A stretch of 64,000 bases of DNA from Chrysomallon squamiferum (GCA_012295275.1 CM022673.1:21204001-21268000), one strand, 5' to 3'. Positions 27,684-41,458 are shown, counted from the first letter of the stretch. Made by a program: numbers and translations. The notes: generated by a model not told the origin, from the letters alone.

Positions 27684-28609
27684 TAGTACGAAACATGTAC
27701 GAGATGGTAATGACGTTAAAGTCATCAAAAAAAAAAAAAAGTAAAAAGGTTTCGTCCTTTGCAGCAATTTCCCTAAATTACTTTTAGTAATCCATGTAGA
27801 ACTGGTTGCATTATGAAGGAATACGTGTTTAAAAGTTTGTAAACACTGATCCGCGTTCTCTGCCATCTTGAATTTCGATCGGAAGATTCCGTGAGCTCAC
27901 GGAAATTTTTAGACTTCCAAATTCAGTTATTTTAGGTCTGTTTTCTGAACTTTTTATGATTTACACTGATAAAGATAAGGATGGATGTTCATATTACCAT
28001 ACCATGATGTCGCACGCCTTTGATAACTTAATCAAACTTTTCATACTGAATTATTTTTATGTGCAAATGCGTGCTTAATAAACTATTATTCGGTAAAAGA
28101 TTCATGTATTAACTTTTCTAATTGGCAATATTCCCCTTGTCAGAACCCAACAGAAAAGAACATTCAGGTGTAGTTTGTATCCATTACATTCTGGATGCAT
28201 TTTTTATCCGGTGACATAATTTGTGCCGTTACGAGTTATCGTTCCTGTTGGTCCATGCTATATTAAGGCTAGTTATATGGGCCTAAGGCCCAAGAACCCA
28301 TTCGCGGGATCGTGTTCATTATAGAATGTTGACAAACGATATAAAACGAGATATTTTCTACCGATTCTGAAACCAAAGATAGCTCTTGATGCACTCAACA
28401 AGTTCATGTTTTTATCTTTAATTATAAAAAACAAACTTAATAATAGTGGTTTTAGGTTTCATTTATTATTTCGTTTAAAAAATGAATTCTTATTTTTATT
28501 ATTATTATTTTTTTATTTTTTTGATAATTGTTTTATAAGATTATTTATTTACCTGTACAAATAGTCATGTCTGTATAATTGCAGAAATACATACATATAG
28601 CATAACATA

Positions 28610-28640
<31 letters not shown>

Positions 28641-29648
28641 TCATACATTGATAATACATACATACATTCATAAATACGCAACATACACATAAACCCTCCC
28701 CAATACACACATGATTTTAACTAAGAAACACATATCGTAAATACATACATAAACTGTTTTTATTAATTATGTTTTATATTTCTTAGTTAAAACTTTTATT
28801 TTATTTTATTATTATTATTATTATTATTTTTTTTTTTCTCTATGGTGAACGGATTATTAGAAACCAGTTATAAATTATCTAGACTGAAATTTTGTAGACT
28901 GAAATTCTATACACAGTAGCAGTTACAGACAAATATGTTTCTTTTTTCCTTTTATTTTTTGTTTCCACATCTAAATTAAACGTGACTGTCCAATTTAAAG
29001 TAAATGAAAAGAATCCTTGTGTATGCATATTAACACAAACGAAAATGGAAAATGTCTGGTATCTGACAACTTTAGCAGATTTCTAAGGATGACGTAAGTT
29101 ACGCCAGGATTAATATATTTAATGATGCTTCTTCTTAGACTTCTTCTTCTTCTTCTTACGTTTGTCATCATCATCATCATTAAAGGTACAAAGTGATCGC
29201 AAACGCAGTGCACCCGGATAGCGGAATCCTGGCTGATGTTTTAAACTGCTAATGATTCAAGCACGTCTTAGTTCATAAACAACGGAAAGGCACAGACTTT
29301 CTGCTGACGAGATAACTGAAATAAAAAATGGCAGAATGTCATGTGTGGCTGTAACAAGACAGCTAGCTTTTCATCGAACAGTTATCACTACACTGACACA
29401 AAAACAAACCTAAACCGATACTCCCAAAGAAAGTCCAACGTCCTGAAGATCTAAAACATTTGTTAATGAAGATCGAAATATGTTACGAACTGTGCCGCCT
29501 TCACCAGTACACCTGAACTTAGTAACCCATGTAACAGCAACAGACGACTCGCTCTGCAGAGGATTAAAAATCCTTTGAAGGCCGCGAAACATCGAGACCC
29601 GTCGACTTCTTAACCGTCCTCACTTGACTCCGGCAACTTTTTTATGTG

Positions 29649-29679
<31 letters not shown>

Positions 29680-30210
29680 AAGTATGTGGTGATCTTTGCC
29701 TTCTCAATTAGGTCTGGGTAGGAAGCTAGATGTATTGCAGGCTGTTAACCTAAGACAAACAACTGCAACAGTAAGAACAATCTTAGACTTTCTGTAGTGT
29801 GATAGGTAGTATTATTAATGTTCGAATTATTAGGTAGCTCCGACATTAATAAATAGACTGTACACTTGGTATGTGAATTTACTATCATTTGTTTATTTCT
29901 TTTCTCAAGATTCACGAGTTTAACCAAATTAGCTATGATTTGTTATATAAAATGAAAATGTTTATTTCTGATTAATTAGTGATACATTTTTGAAGGATTA
30001 ATTCAGAGTTAATTATTTTAAAATATATATATATATATATTTCTTTTTTGTTATGTTATTGATTATCTGAAAAATTAGTTATCGCGAACAAATCTTTCGC
30101 CAGCTTCTGAAGAATTCACGGGAGTATTGTAAATAATACTAGCTGACTGACAGAGATGTTTTTACAAGCAGCAATTTAGATTATACAAACATGAATTATG
30201 TCTTCTGCAT

Positions 30211-30295
<85 letters not shown>

Positions 30296-30346
30296 CATTC
30301 ATACATACTAATAAGCAGTGTAGCAACCATAAACACACACACACAA

Positions 30347-30380
<34 letters not shown>

Positions 30381-31027
30381 GATTCACCTGATGATTGTAA
30401 ATCAGTTAACTAATTCATAATTATAAACAGTTCACTGTAAAATTAATGTAAGATTTCCATCTGCTTTTATCAAGTGATTTTCGTTAGTGATTTTGTAAAT
30501 TCTATAATGAATTTAAATTACTGTTATTCGTTTCGTATTTCATTATTATGCAGCCAGCTAATGGTGTGGCTGATTGTATTGTTCAGTTCAACATTCGCCA
30601 CTTTTTTCTTGTTATTCTATCCCGCGTGCCACCTCATGTAATTACTGATCGTTTATTTAATTTCTCTGGCTTTTTAGCAAATATCTTTTCCCTACAGAAT
30701 ATTGCAATTCAAACTGTAACAGTTATAATAACGATAATTAATGTTTTCGACCCATTAGTTTGAAATAAATATCCCTCATTTCGATTGTTATGAAAAAAAT
30801 TACCTAAGAGATTTAAATTGACCTTCACAGAACACACACACACATACAGAACACACACACAGAACACACACACACAGATACACACATATATTTATGTATG
30901 TATGTCAGTATGCATGTAATACAGCAATAACAGCAATGATAATGATTATTATTAATTAAATAATTAATGACATTACCTTAAATTTCAGAAATAATATATT
31001 CATAAATAGCAAAATGCAAACGTATCC

Positions 31028-31076
<49 letters not shown>

Positions 31077-31187
31077 TAAATACATATACATATATTATTT
31101 TTGTTAATTCTGTTTTACATATCATTATTTCCAGATACTTATTAAGTTTAAAAAAAAAGGTTTGACGAGTCAGTTAAAAATGTTATA

Positions 31188-34025
31188 GGGTCATTCCGTG
31201 TCAAATCACCCAATGGTTTAAACCCGACCGTCTCAGATGTTTATGAAACTTGGTATACTTGTTGACTGGGATCCCACAGCACCAAATCTGAAATATTAGC
31301 TCAATCAGACCAGTGGTGTGGGAGATACGGCCCACGGAATTTTGAGATTTTTTCCAAAAATGGGTGTCACCACCAACCTTAGAACCCTCATATCTCAGGA
31401 ACTACTGGGCCAATCTTCATAAAATTGGTATTGTTAGAAAGGCAAAATGACAAGGATTCCAAATCTGCCATTTTTGTTTAGTTTGGAAAATATTGGAGTA
31501 CCCTGACCTTTTGACCTTTGCTATGACCTTGAAATTGACCGTGTGGATCACGTGATCTTGAGATGACCTTTATTGAAATTTAATCTCCCACATGTTAACT
31601 AAAACATATAAAAGTTTCCTGGGTGTAATATTTTTTGTTTAGCCACAATATAGATTTAAAAAATGCACATACATGAAAATAACACCTTTTCAGCCATTAA
31701 CATCTGAATGATCAATTCTGGATGCTAGGAATCACCATCTCTCTTGATCATCGAGTAAGACATTGTAGGCCTACATGTATGCATAAAGTTCACATATAAA
31801 AGTTTCCTGGGTATAATATTTTTTGTTTATCCATAATAGAGATTTAAAAAAATGCGTACCTGCATGGATGATTGATACAATGCATTACAAAGTACATTTT
31901 CTCTGAGACTAAAAACTCATCTTTGGAGTTAAAACCCACCTGATATGTCTGAAGGAATGCCTGAAGGATATGAAAAGATGCCAAATGGCATGACATGTTC
32001 TACACAATCAGGCTCAAAGGGTTAACAGGAAGTGATGCTTCAGGCAAGTCAGGAACTCCTTTAGATTCCCTGGTGCAATCCCCATTGAGCACATAGCAAT
32101 TAGAAGTTTAAGACAAAGAAGTTTCTTCATCTGCATTTCTTTGACAATCTGAAGCTTTTTAAGTTGGACACTGTCAGATGTTGATATATAAACAATATTT
32201 TTATTTCATAAAACCTATTAAGTAATTTTATCATGTCATGTGGGCCTTGCCATTGGTTTTGAACAAGGTTTCAGTCAACAACAGTACAACCCAGTCTGAA
32301 ATCAGACGTCATCAAGTGATGTACTGCATAATGTATTTGTACACCTAGTCTTCGGCACAGAGTATGAACAAGGTCTACCTTCACCTTAATAAACTGTGAT
32401 TTATACTTGAGAAGATTGACATAAATGCCCAAGACTTGTGGGCCTTTGGCAATAACACATGTACTCTGCTGCCATTTTATGACCTGCTTAACTTTACTGA
32501 AAGGGTTTCAGGATTTGATTTAATATTTAGGAAAGCACTGACTTTGTTCTATTGAATGGAAGGTGCAGGCCAATACTGAAAATCCTTATTTCTTCCAGAG
32601 CTAACTGCAGCTTTAACTCTCCTGAAAATGTGTGTTATCAGCACCATCATATCAAAAAGGAGTTGTTGCGAAGTGTATGGAAAACTGAGGAAATCGAACT
32701 CCTCACTCTTTGAAGTGGGATCAAAACACGGGACATCAAGAGTATCATGAACAAGAACTTTTGATCAAATTTTCAACATTGCAGAAAAACTGTTGTGATC
32801 CCCTTAATTGCCATCCTGAGCAAGCACACACTAGATCTTTAAGAATTGTTAGCATGGGCACTTACAAATGCTTAGTAAATCCTCCAAAGACACTAGTGCC
32901 AGGAGACAAGTTGTGCTGTGACTGTCTGATTACCCTTCAGAAATCAAAGGTCTTGCAGAGGATGGCTTTAGTATGGGTGGTATTACAATGGGAGAATTTG
33001 GTGATAACTTGCCAGACAAACCGCTGGTTGTTGTTTCCCCAGAAAAGGACTTTGATTTGAATTCTATTCTGTTGAGTTTAGGCGAAACTCCTGTCAAACT
33101 CCATTCACTAGAACATTCCAGTAAATGAATGAAAGGACAGAAAAAAACTAGCATCAGCTACAGTAACATTAAAATGATATCTTAATGTCTGAATCCTACC
33201 CACAGCATGTGCAAATCTTGATTTTGTCACCCTTTACCATTGAAAGGACAATGAATTGAAGGAGGAAATAATCCAATTTTATGAAAGTGATGAGAACAGT
33301 AGAATGTGTCTGGGAATGAAGGATACAGTGAGCATTTGAAACAAACATAGTGAGAAGGTTAAGCATCAGAAACACCTAGTTCTCTCAAATTTATGTGAAC
33401 TTTATGCATACATGTAGGCCTACAATGTCTTACTCGATGATCAAGAAAGATGGTGATCCCTAGCATCCGGAGTTGATCATTCAGGTTTTAGTTAATCAGA
33501 TGTTAATAGCTGAAAATGTGTTATTTTCATGTATGTGCATTTTTTAAATCTATATTGTGGCTAAACAAAAAATATTACACCCAGGAAACTTTTATATGTT
33601 TTAGTTAACATGTGGGAGATTAAATTTCAATAAAGGTCATCTCAAGATCACGTGATCCACACGGTCAATTTCAAGGTCATAGCAAAGGTCAAAAGGTCAA
33701 AGTACTCCAATATTTTCCAAACTAAACAAAAATGGCAGATTTGGTATCCTTGTCATTTTGCCTTTCTAACAATACCAATTTTATGAAGATTGGCCCAGTA
33801 GTTCCTGAGATATGAGGGTTCTAAGGTTGGTGGTCACACCCATTTTTGGCAAAAATCTCAAAATTCCGTGGGCCGTATCTCCCACACCACTGGTCTGATT
33901 GGGCTAATATTTCAGATTTGGTGCTGTGGGATCCCAGTCAACAAATATACCAAGTTTTATAAAAATCTGAGACGGTCGGGTTTAAATTTCTTTTTTTTTT
34001 GGGGTGATTTGACACGGAATGACCC
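31188..34025 (+). mobile_element. Sola2-like DNA transposon, internally deleted, with about 610-bp TIRs
   Basis: Termini GGGTCATTCCGTGTCAAATCACCC ... GGGTGATTTGACACGGAATGACCC, with a 4-bp TATA duplication (31184-31187 and 34026-34029). The TIRs at about 31188-31795 and 33391-34025 are near-identical. Transposase relics include CCDPLNCH..LVPGDKLCCDC and IIQFYESDENSRMCLGMKDTVSI..KHQKHLVLSNLCELY. GRG termini, a 4-bp TSD and long TIRs fit Sola2. Confidence 0.85.
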
Positions 34026-35914
34026 TATACTTTAATTTATATTTTCTTTATTATTTATTTTAACATCATATCATTAATTATTTTATTTTTTAATTTTTTA
34101 ATTTTTTTACAAAAGTATTATAAACATCCAGTATAATACTATCAGTTTAACAATTTTATCTTCATAAAGTTTGAAATTTAAATTTCTATTTATAATTTCC
34201 TACACGGAATTCCCAATGGTTTAATGTGATGTAATCCAATGTTTATTTAGTTTTTTTATCTGCGTATTTTTTACCTGTGTAATGAAACATTTTGATCTTG
34301 AAACTATCCAATAACGATGGGACACTTTTTAAATCGTAACACTGAATTGTAGTTCTCTTATATCCAGTGCTTCCCCTTAATATGAAAGAAGAAATTAATC
34401 CAGTCAGACTTGATGATTATATTTTCGTTTTTAAATAAACAATTTTCTCTGTGAATGAAATACCAGTACCGTGCAGTTTAACGTCTCTATCTAACTGCGT
34501 TTCGTTCATGTTTGTCTGCCGTGTAACCCTGTCAGCTGCTGAATCCAGGTAACATACGTAAAGAAGTTAGTTATGATTTGAACGAATTTTAAAAGGACTA
34601 ATAGTAGCAGTAGTAGTAGTGCTAGTGGTAGAGTGTCCTCCCACCTAGCCAAAAACCTAATCAAATCAATCTATTACAACAACATCGGGTTTTGGGTAGG
34701 TGGGAGTTGGGTGGTATGAGATTGTATTCGTGTTATAGTCTGTATGAATACCTGGACATCAGCGTTGTCCCAAAAAGAGATGGCTGAGCTATATTCACTT
34801 AATATAAAAAAATGACCATAGCCCTTAATACCAATTTACTATCAAAACATTTGGCCCAGGCATCCCAATATTATTTTGGCATTATTAATAACAAATCGTA
34901 AAAACAAACGATTTACTCATTTAATTGATATCGAACCCGAATACCATTTTTAATTGTGATCCACAGTGGTCTGAAATTTGAAACTTAAACACGATACTTT
35001 CCATAAATAATTATTATTTCCACTCTTCTTTTTTTTCACACTAATCATTTAAATGCGTTTCTTCTACAATGACTTGATAATTATTTAGTTTTCGACAAGC
35101 AGCTTACCGTTATTCTGAAACAGTTGTAACAGTATTTCATCTTGAAACCGGAGACAAACTGTATCAAAGCATTTCATGTCATATTAATAGCCAATAAGTT
35201 TTTTTAATGTATTATCTTTATTGTTAGTAATAGGATTCAGATTTAAAATGATGATGCATATGAGATATTCTTTATTTTATTAATTTTTTATTATTATTAT
35301 TATTATTTTTTTTTTTTTTTTCTTTTTTTTTTTTCATGTTTCTTCTTCTTTATTTATTTTGCGGCTTAAGCTTTATAGGACTTTAATCATTCTTACAAAA
35401 AAGACCTGATTTTTCAAAACACTGGTATTTTCATTTACAGTTTATGATTAGGTAGATACAAATGTTCCTTGCTGTTAAAGATAAAAATAGTTTACATTTT
35501 ATGCGTAACTATTCTAATTATTGATTTATTCGTTCGTTCGTTAACTGTTAAGAACAGCAAACAAAACATGATGCGCATAAAAATAACAATTTATGGTATT
35601 AAAATGTACTGAGTCACTTTAGTCGAGTATTCCGTTCATGTTATAAGCTGTTGACAGTATATCATATATTTCAGTAACCCGATATATCAGAATGTTAAAT
35701 AACTATTAAATTTCTGTGATAAAGCAAAGATAGCAGTTTTACCAGAGGCGAATACAGTGAGATGTTTTGCGTGTTTTATACTTCATATTTAAAGTGAAAA
35801 CCAGTAACAAGATTATTACTTTACTTTACCACGTGTGGATTCAGTGGGAAGAAAGTACCGTCCCAGTTTTTTGCTAACCTATATTTGTTTTATTTTTATT
35901 TTTATTTTATATTT

Positions 35915-36150
35915 AAATTTTTATTTTATATTTGAATTTTTTAATATTTTTTATCTTTATTTTATTTTATTTTATTTTATTTTATTTTGTTTTATTTTAT
36001 ATTTGAATTTTTTAATATTTTTTATCTTTATTTTATTTTATTTTATTTTATTTTATTTTGTTTTATTTTATATTTGAATTTTTTAATATTTTTTATCTTT
36101 ATTTTATTTTATTTTATTTTATTTTATTTTGTTTTATTTTATTTTATTTT
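35915..36150. repeat. 71-bp AT-rich tandem repeat (about 3 copies) built on (ttttA)n
   Basis: atttgaatttt recurs at 35930, 36001 and 36072. Confidence 0.85.
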
Positions 36151-36465
36151 ATTTTATTTTATTTTATTATTTATTTATTGTTGTTGTTGTTTGTTTGTTG
36201 AAATAAAGATATTTACATGAAAGATAACTATTATCTTCAAAGTCACCGCTGTTATATTATCTTAAAATATAAATCTTTTTTTCTTTTATTCCAAACATCT
36301 TGCTATCAAAACAAACAATTAAACTGCTTGTAACATCGTTAAAATCTGAAGTGACAAACTCGCAACTTTCTACGATTAGTATTCAGTGAGTGAAGCTATT
36401 AAGTGTTTGTCACATTGAACTGCATGTAATTTCTGGCGATTCCCACCTTTAAAAAAAAATACATA

Positions 36466-37064
36466 CAGTGGTACCTCGACTCGCGAGTGCTCCAACTTAC
36501 GAGTTTTCCGAGTTACGAACAGCCACCTGGTTAGTTTTTGCTTTGAGTTGCGAGCCAAAATCCGAGTTACAAGCGAGCTTCAGATACGCCGGCGCTAGCT
36601 GACACAACGAATAACACGACATCCGCCCAGCATCCCGCGTCTCACTCGTTTACTTCACGTGGTTACCTCGCCGTGGAAGAATTTCTGTTGTGTTGATCTC
36701 GCGTTTTATGCAGTATTTTGCCAAATTTCCATGGATCCTAAGAAAGTGAGTGCAAAGGACAGTGCGGAGAAGAAGAAGCGGATGATGTCCATTGAATTAA
36801 AGCATGAAATCACAGAAAAACATGAGCGAGCTGATTTTTACGATATGTACCATACTGAAGCAGAAGGAGTCGATAAAGGCTGTAACTCTAGCCAAAGGCG
36901 TTAAAATAATTTCTAAGCTGCAGGCCTCTTTCCATGAAAAGATGGAGAAACCCTAACCCTGTACACTTTGCTTAATGGTATTTTAGTTAATTTCAGTTGG
37001 GAAAATTGATTTGATATATGAGCTCGGCCACAACGAATTAAACTCGTAAGTCAAGGTACAACTG
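36466..37064 (+). mobile_element. Tigger/pogo (Tc1-mariner) deletion derivative
   Basis: 23-bp TIRs CAGTGGTACCTCGACTCGCGAGT / ACTCGTAAGTCAAGGTACAACTG with a TA TSD. It retains the transposase N-terminus MDPKKVSAKDSAEKKKRMMSIELKHEITEKHER (CENP-B-type HTH start). Confidence 0.9.
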
Positions 37065-37108
37065 TATATAAAAAATAAAATTCGATTCCTTCATTCAATT
37101 TTAATTTT

Positions 37109-37148
<40 letters not shown>

Positions 37149-37332
37149 TACGAAATAGAAAACACATTGAAAAGGACACATTTGAAATAATAATAGAGAA
37201 GTGGCACTAGCAGTAACAGCAGCAGTAGCTGCTATCGTTGTCGCTATCGTTACTTATTGTCTTATTGTCAACAGGAAAATAATTAGTTTTAATTTTTCTC
37301 GTTCAGGCTCAGTACATATATGGTCAGCGGAG

Positions 37333-37388
<56 letters not shown>

Positions 37389-37467
37389 TGTAAGTGCACC
37401 TCCTCTTTTTCAAGTTTTTTTTATCTGCCTCTGAGTTGTTGACTCTAGTTAGCTCGTGATTGTGACA

Positions 37468-37476
37468 TCACGTGAC
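37468..37476 (+). promoter_or_regulatory. CLEAR-type E-box (MITF/TFEB site)
   Basis: TCACGTGAC lies about 40 bp upstream of the ATG of M6PR-like A and matches the CLEAR consensus GTCACGTGAC of lysosomal genes. Confidence 0.55.
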
Positions 37477-37509
37477 TGTAACCGGCGTTAACAGAAGGCG
37501 TAATTCGCA

Positions 37510-39519
37510 ATGAATCTGAAAAGTGTTTTTGCTTTATTTATCTTAAGTTTGTATTTCAGTATGGGGGAGGGGGACGAGTGTACACAAGTGAACGACTGCG
37601 CGTGCAGATCATCTGCAGGCCTGATTGATTTGTCACCCCTAGCAAACAGCGGCAACACACCCAAGTAAGAAAACAAAACATGAGTTTATTTATATACGTA
37701 TGTATCTGCTTATCTCACAGTACAATAGAATATGTATTCAACCTTCTAGATCAATAAACCAAACGGAAGGTGCTAATTTTAATTTATTATTATTATTATT
37801 AATGGTGTTGTTATTGTTTTTGTCGTCGTCGTCGTTGTTGTTAATGTTATCTGCATATTTATGACTTTCCATTCCCTTTATTTAAGTGCTTATCTTATTT
37901 CTTTCATATTTTTTCATCTGATTTTATTTTATTATCTTCTGTTTTTGTTCACATGACGGTTCTTCCATTCATGCTACGTATTTTACTTTTTGAAACATTT
38001 CCTATGAGAAGATTTTCAAGAATTGTAATCTTGTTTTCCAGATATAAAGACGTTTTGGGATCGGATGGTTGGTACTATTCCTGGAATCCTTGTAATCCAT
38101 TTACCGAAGGTTCTGGCGAATGTACGAATACAGCGGTAAACCAGCAATTAGCATATACATTTTTTTTTTAAACTTCATGTGCATTCCTGCCCATATATAC
38201 ATTCATATACATAAAAAGTATATTTTTGTTATGTCACACACACACACACACACAAACACACACAGACACACACACAGAGATTAATAAACACTTTTACTAG
38301 CATACTTAAAAACTGTTTGAAACAGTAAATTCACTTGTTTCAAATAATATTTCCCACCACTACCATAAATGACCATGAGAATGTGTAGATGACAAATAAA
38401 AAATTTATAATAATAATAATGATGATGAAGTTGATGATGATTTTTAAAATTACACAGAGTTTGATACGTACGTGTTAAAGAACATCATCGTGAACTATTT
38501 TTTCATATAATTTCTCATCTGTAAGTAACTTTTATTTTTTATTTTTTTTACAAAATCTCTCTTTTGCCCTAAAATAAAACCCTGTACTTAAAATAAAATA
38601 TATGCATATAAATTATAAACCTATTTGAACAATTTCAAAATTTATATGTTTTCAATTCTAAAGATGTATTTCAATTCCAGGGCTGTCAAACAGATACTAA
38701 TAGCCAATACTTTAATCTAGGAAACCAGGACACAGCAACATTTGCTGTTTCTTTGAGCAACGTGCAAGTAACGTATACATCAAAGACGTCTCCCAGGTTC
38801 GTTATTAAGAACGTATAATTATTGCTTTTGCTTGTTTTGTTTTTTTATATCTATAACAGAAATCATAAACTGAAAAAACAATTTTAACGATTAAAATAAA
38901 TAACAGTTATAAACACGTACATAATGTGAATACGACTTCATATGTGTATGTATGAGTATATATAGTAGCATGTTTCATATAATTATTACACACACACGCA
39001 CATATACTGTATTTCTTCATTTTGTTATCTACGCAGATCTTTGACTGTTACACTGGTCTGTTCTAACAGTTCACAAACCAACCTTCAAGTTATAGGTGAA
39101 AGTCCATTCGGCTCACAATCTTACGTATGTACATTTTTGTCTATGTATCTATCTCTATTTATCTATCTATCTTTCTGTCTATCTCTTTAGCTAGCTAGCT
39201 TACGTGTCAGTATGTTTCTGTTGTTATTGTGTCTGTATTTACTAATTTTATTCTATACTAGTAATTGCAAATTACTAGAAACAATAGCTGTATAACAATA
39301 ATAATAGAGGTAGTAGTAGAGTTGAAATAGTAGGTCTGAGTGAATTAGTAGTAGCAACAGTAACAGTAGAAATGTGCAAAGCAGTAACACTAATAATAGT
39401 ACTAATAGTAGTATTGTTATTGTCATTGCAGTAGTTGCAATAATAGTAGTAGTAATAGTTCTATTTTATAGTTAGGTTTATTGTTTGTTTTTTATTTTGT
39501 TTTTCTCAATAATAATAAT

Positions 39520-39605
<86 letters not shown>

Positions 39606-41341
39606 AAAATGATATTAACTAGTCCATATTGCTGTCCTGGATCTAGTGGTGGGTCGTCTGGAGGTTTATCTACTGGATCTATAATAGATATAATGTAAGT
39701 CATTACTGAAGTATACGTGAATGATTACGTGTAGATGATGATAACTGTGATAAGATGATGATAATGAAGAAGAAAATAATGACAGGAAGATGATGATGAT
39801 TTTAACAACTAAAATAATTATCACATTAATACTGTTACTGATATTGTTGTTGTTCTTCTTCTGCTTCATAATGTCATTGTTGACGTTGTTGTTCTTATTA
39901 TTACGACGTGATATTTACCTGTTTATTAATTAATTTTACCACACAGATTCTTTGTTCTTGTATTTATTTATGCACTGGGTGGAGTAACTTTCAATGCGTT
40001 TGTTCGAAAGACGTCAGGGAAAGAAATGATGCCGAATTACCAGTTTTGGTCAGCTGTCCCAGGCTTGATTAAGGTAAGATATTTCACGTAGACATAAAAT
40101 GGTTACTGCAAATCGTAGTTTAAAGAGAACGTTTGAACAGATAATGCCTCCGAGATTCAAACCTAGTCGGTCACGTTTTCAGTACACTGTTCCAGCCATC
40201 TTCAGCTGCCTGTATCTGAGGACAGGATAACAAAAAAAAAAAAATTATTGATTGTAAAATATTATAATTTTTAAATATGCATTTATGTGTGTGTATGTGT
40301 GTATGTATGTTCACAAACACACACACACACACTCACATATATACATACATATTCAGGGTATAAATGAGATGTAGATAACTACAATTTAATTTGTTCACGT
40401 TGTTTATGTTAAATGCGTTTGCTTATCAGCATCATTAAACATGTTTTTCATTTCTTAAATCTTAACATTACAAGTGTATCCCAGAATAACGATAGAGAAA
40501 ATAATTAGTATACTGAAGCCTTTCACAAAACTATAAACGACAGGGTCTTATTATTGTCAAGTTTAGCGCGGAACAAAATAACAAAAAGGCCATATACACA
40601 GTGGAGAGCAGAATGGTCAACTACAGCGATGTAACATATACAGACAATCGATATAACATATTACAGACAATCGATATAACATATACAGACAATCGATATA
40701 ACATATACAGACAATCGATATAACATATTACAGACAATCGATATAACATATTACAGACAATCGATATAACATATTACAGACAATCGATATAACATATTAC
40801 AGACAATCGATATAACATATACAGACAATCTATATAACATATTACAGACAATCTATATAACATATTACAGACAATCTATATAACATATACAGACAATCGA
40901 TATAATATATACAGACAATCGATACAGTGATGCTGACAGCGGTATACGCTGATGTAAAGGAATAATAAAACTAATAATACAGTGTGTTTCCATGAGTTTA
41001 ATTTCAGGAAAATCTTTTGATTTTAACTCACTGAATTTTACCAAGTGATTAACTGCAACAACATCAGTAACTTATTTTTCACTTCGTAGGAAGATGTGTG
41101 TGAAAGGTGTTTTTTCCTGTTATTGACAGAAGTAGTCCGCGTATAGATTTCTCATTCATGTCTTTTTAAATAATTATAACTGTAAATCTCAAAACGTGTC
41201 AAGTTTTCTTTCAACACTGATTCATTCATTCATTCAAACGTGATAGCTGCAAGATTAGCTATTAGTAGGTATATACTCACTATAGTAGTAACAGTCCATC
41301 TAGATTTATTACTTTTATCACAATTTATTTAATGTTTTATT

Positions 41342-41388
<47 letters not shown>

Positions 41389-41458
41389 TTTTTTTTCTTA
41401 GACTGGAGCCCTATTTGTTTTTCATTGTGGAAGGAGAACCGGATATGAAAGAACCTGA
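37510..41458 (+). CDS. Cation-dependent mannose-6-phosphate receptor-like (single MRH domain, ATG27/M6PR family) protein A, 241 aa
   Basis: Exons 37510-37664, 38042-38135, 38681-38796, 39037-39124, 39606-39694, 39947-40073 and 41402-41458 are all GT-AG and phase-consistent. Protein: signal MNLKSVFALFILSLYFSMGEG, then CACRSSAGLIDLSPL, YYSWNPCNPF, GCQ, NLG, RSLTVTLVC, GE, YKMILTSPYCCP, GLSTGSI, a TM helix, GKEMMPNYQFWSAVPGLIK, and a tail ending GYERT*. Confidence 0.9.
40630..40924. repeat. 22/23-bp minisatellite, about 13 copies, in intron 6 of M6PR-like A
   Basis: Unit atataacatat(t)acagacaatcg. Confidence 0.95.

Noticed and set aside
40145-40210. Minus-strand tRNA-like B-box or CUGAAGA hammerhead-like segment
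   Set aside because: No cloverleaf or complete ribozyme core can be formed. At most it is a decayed SINE head.
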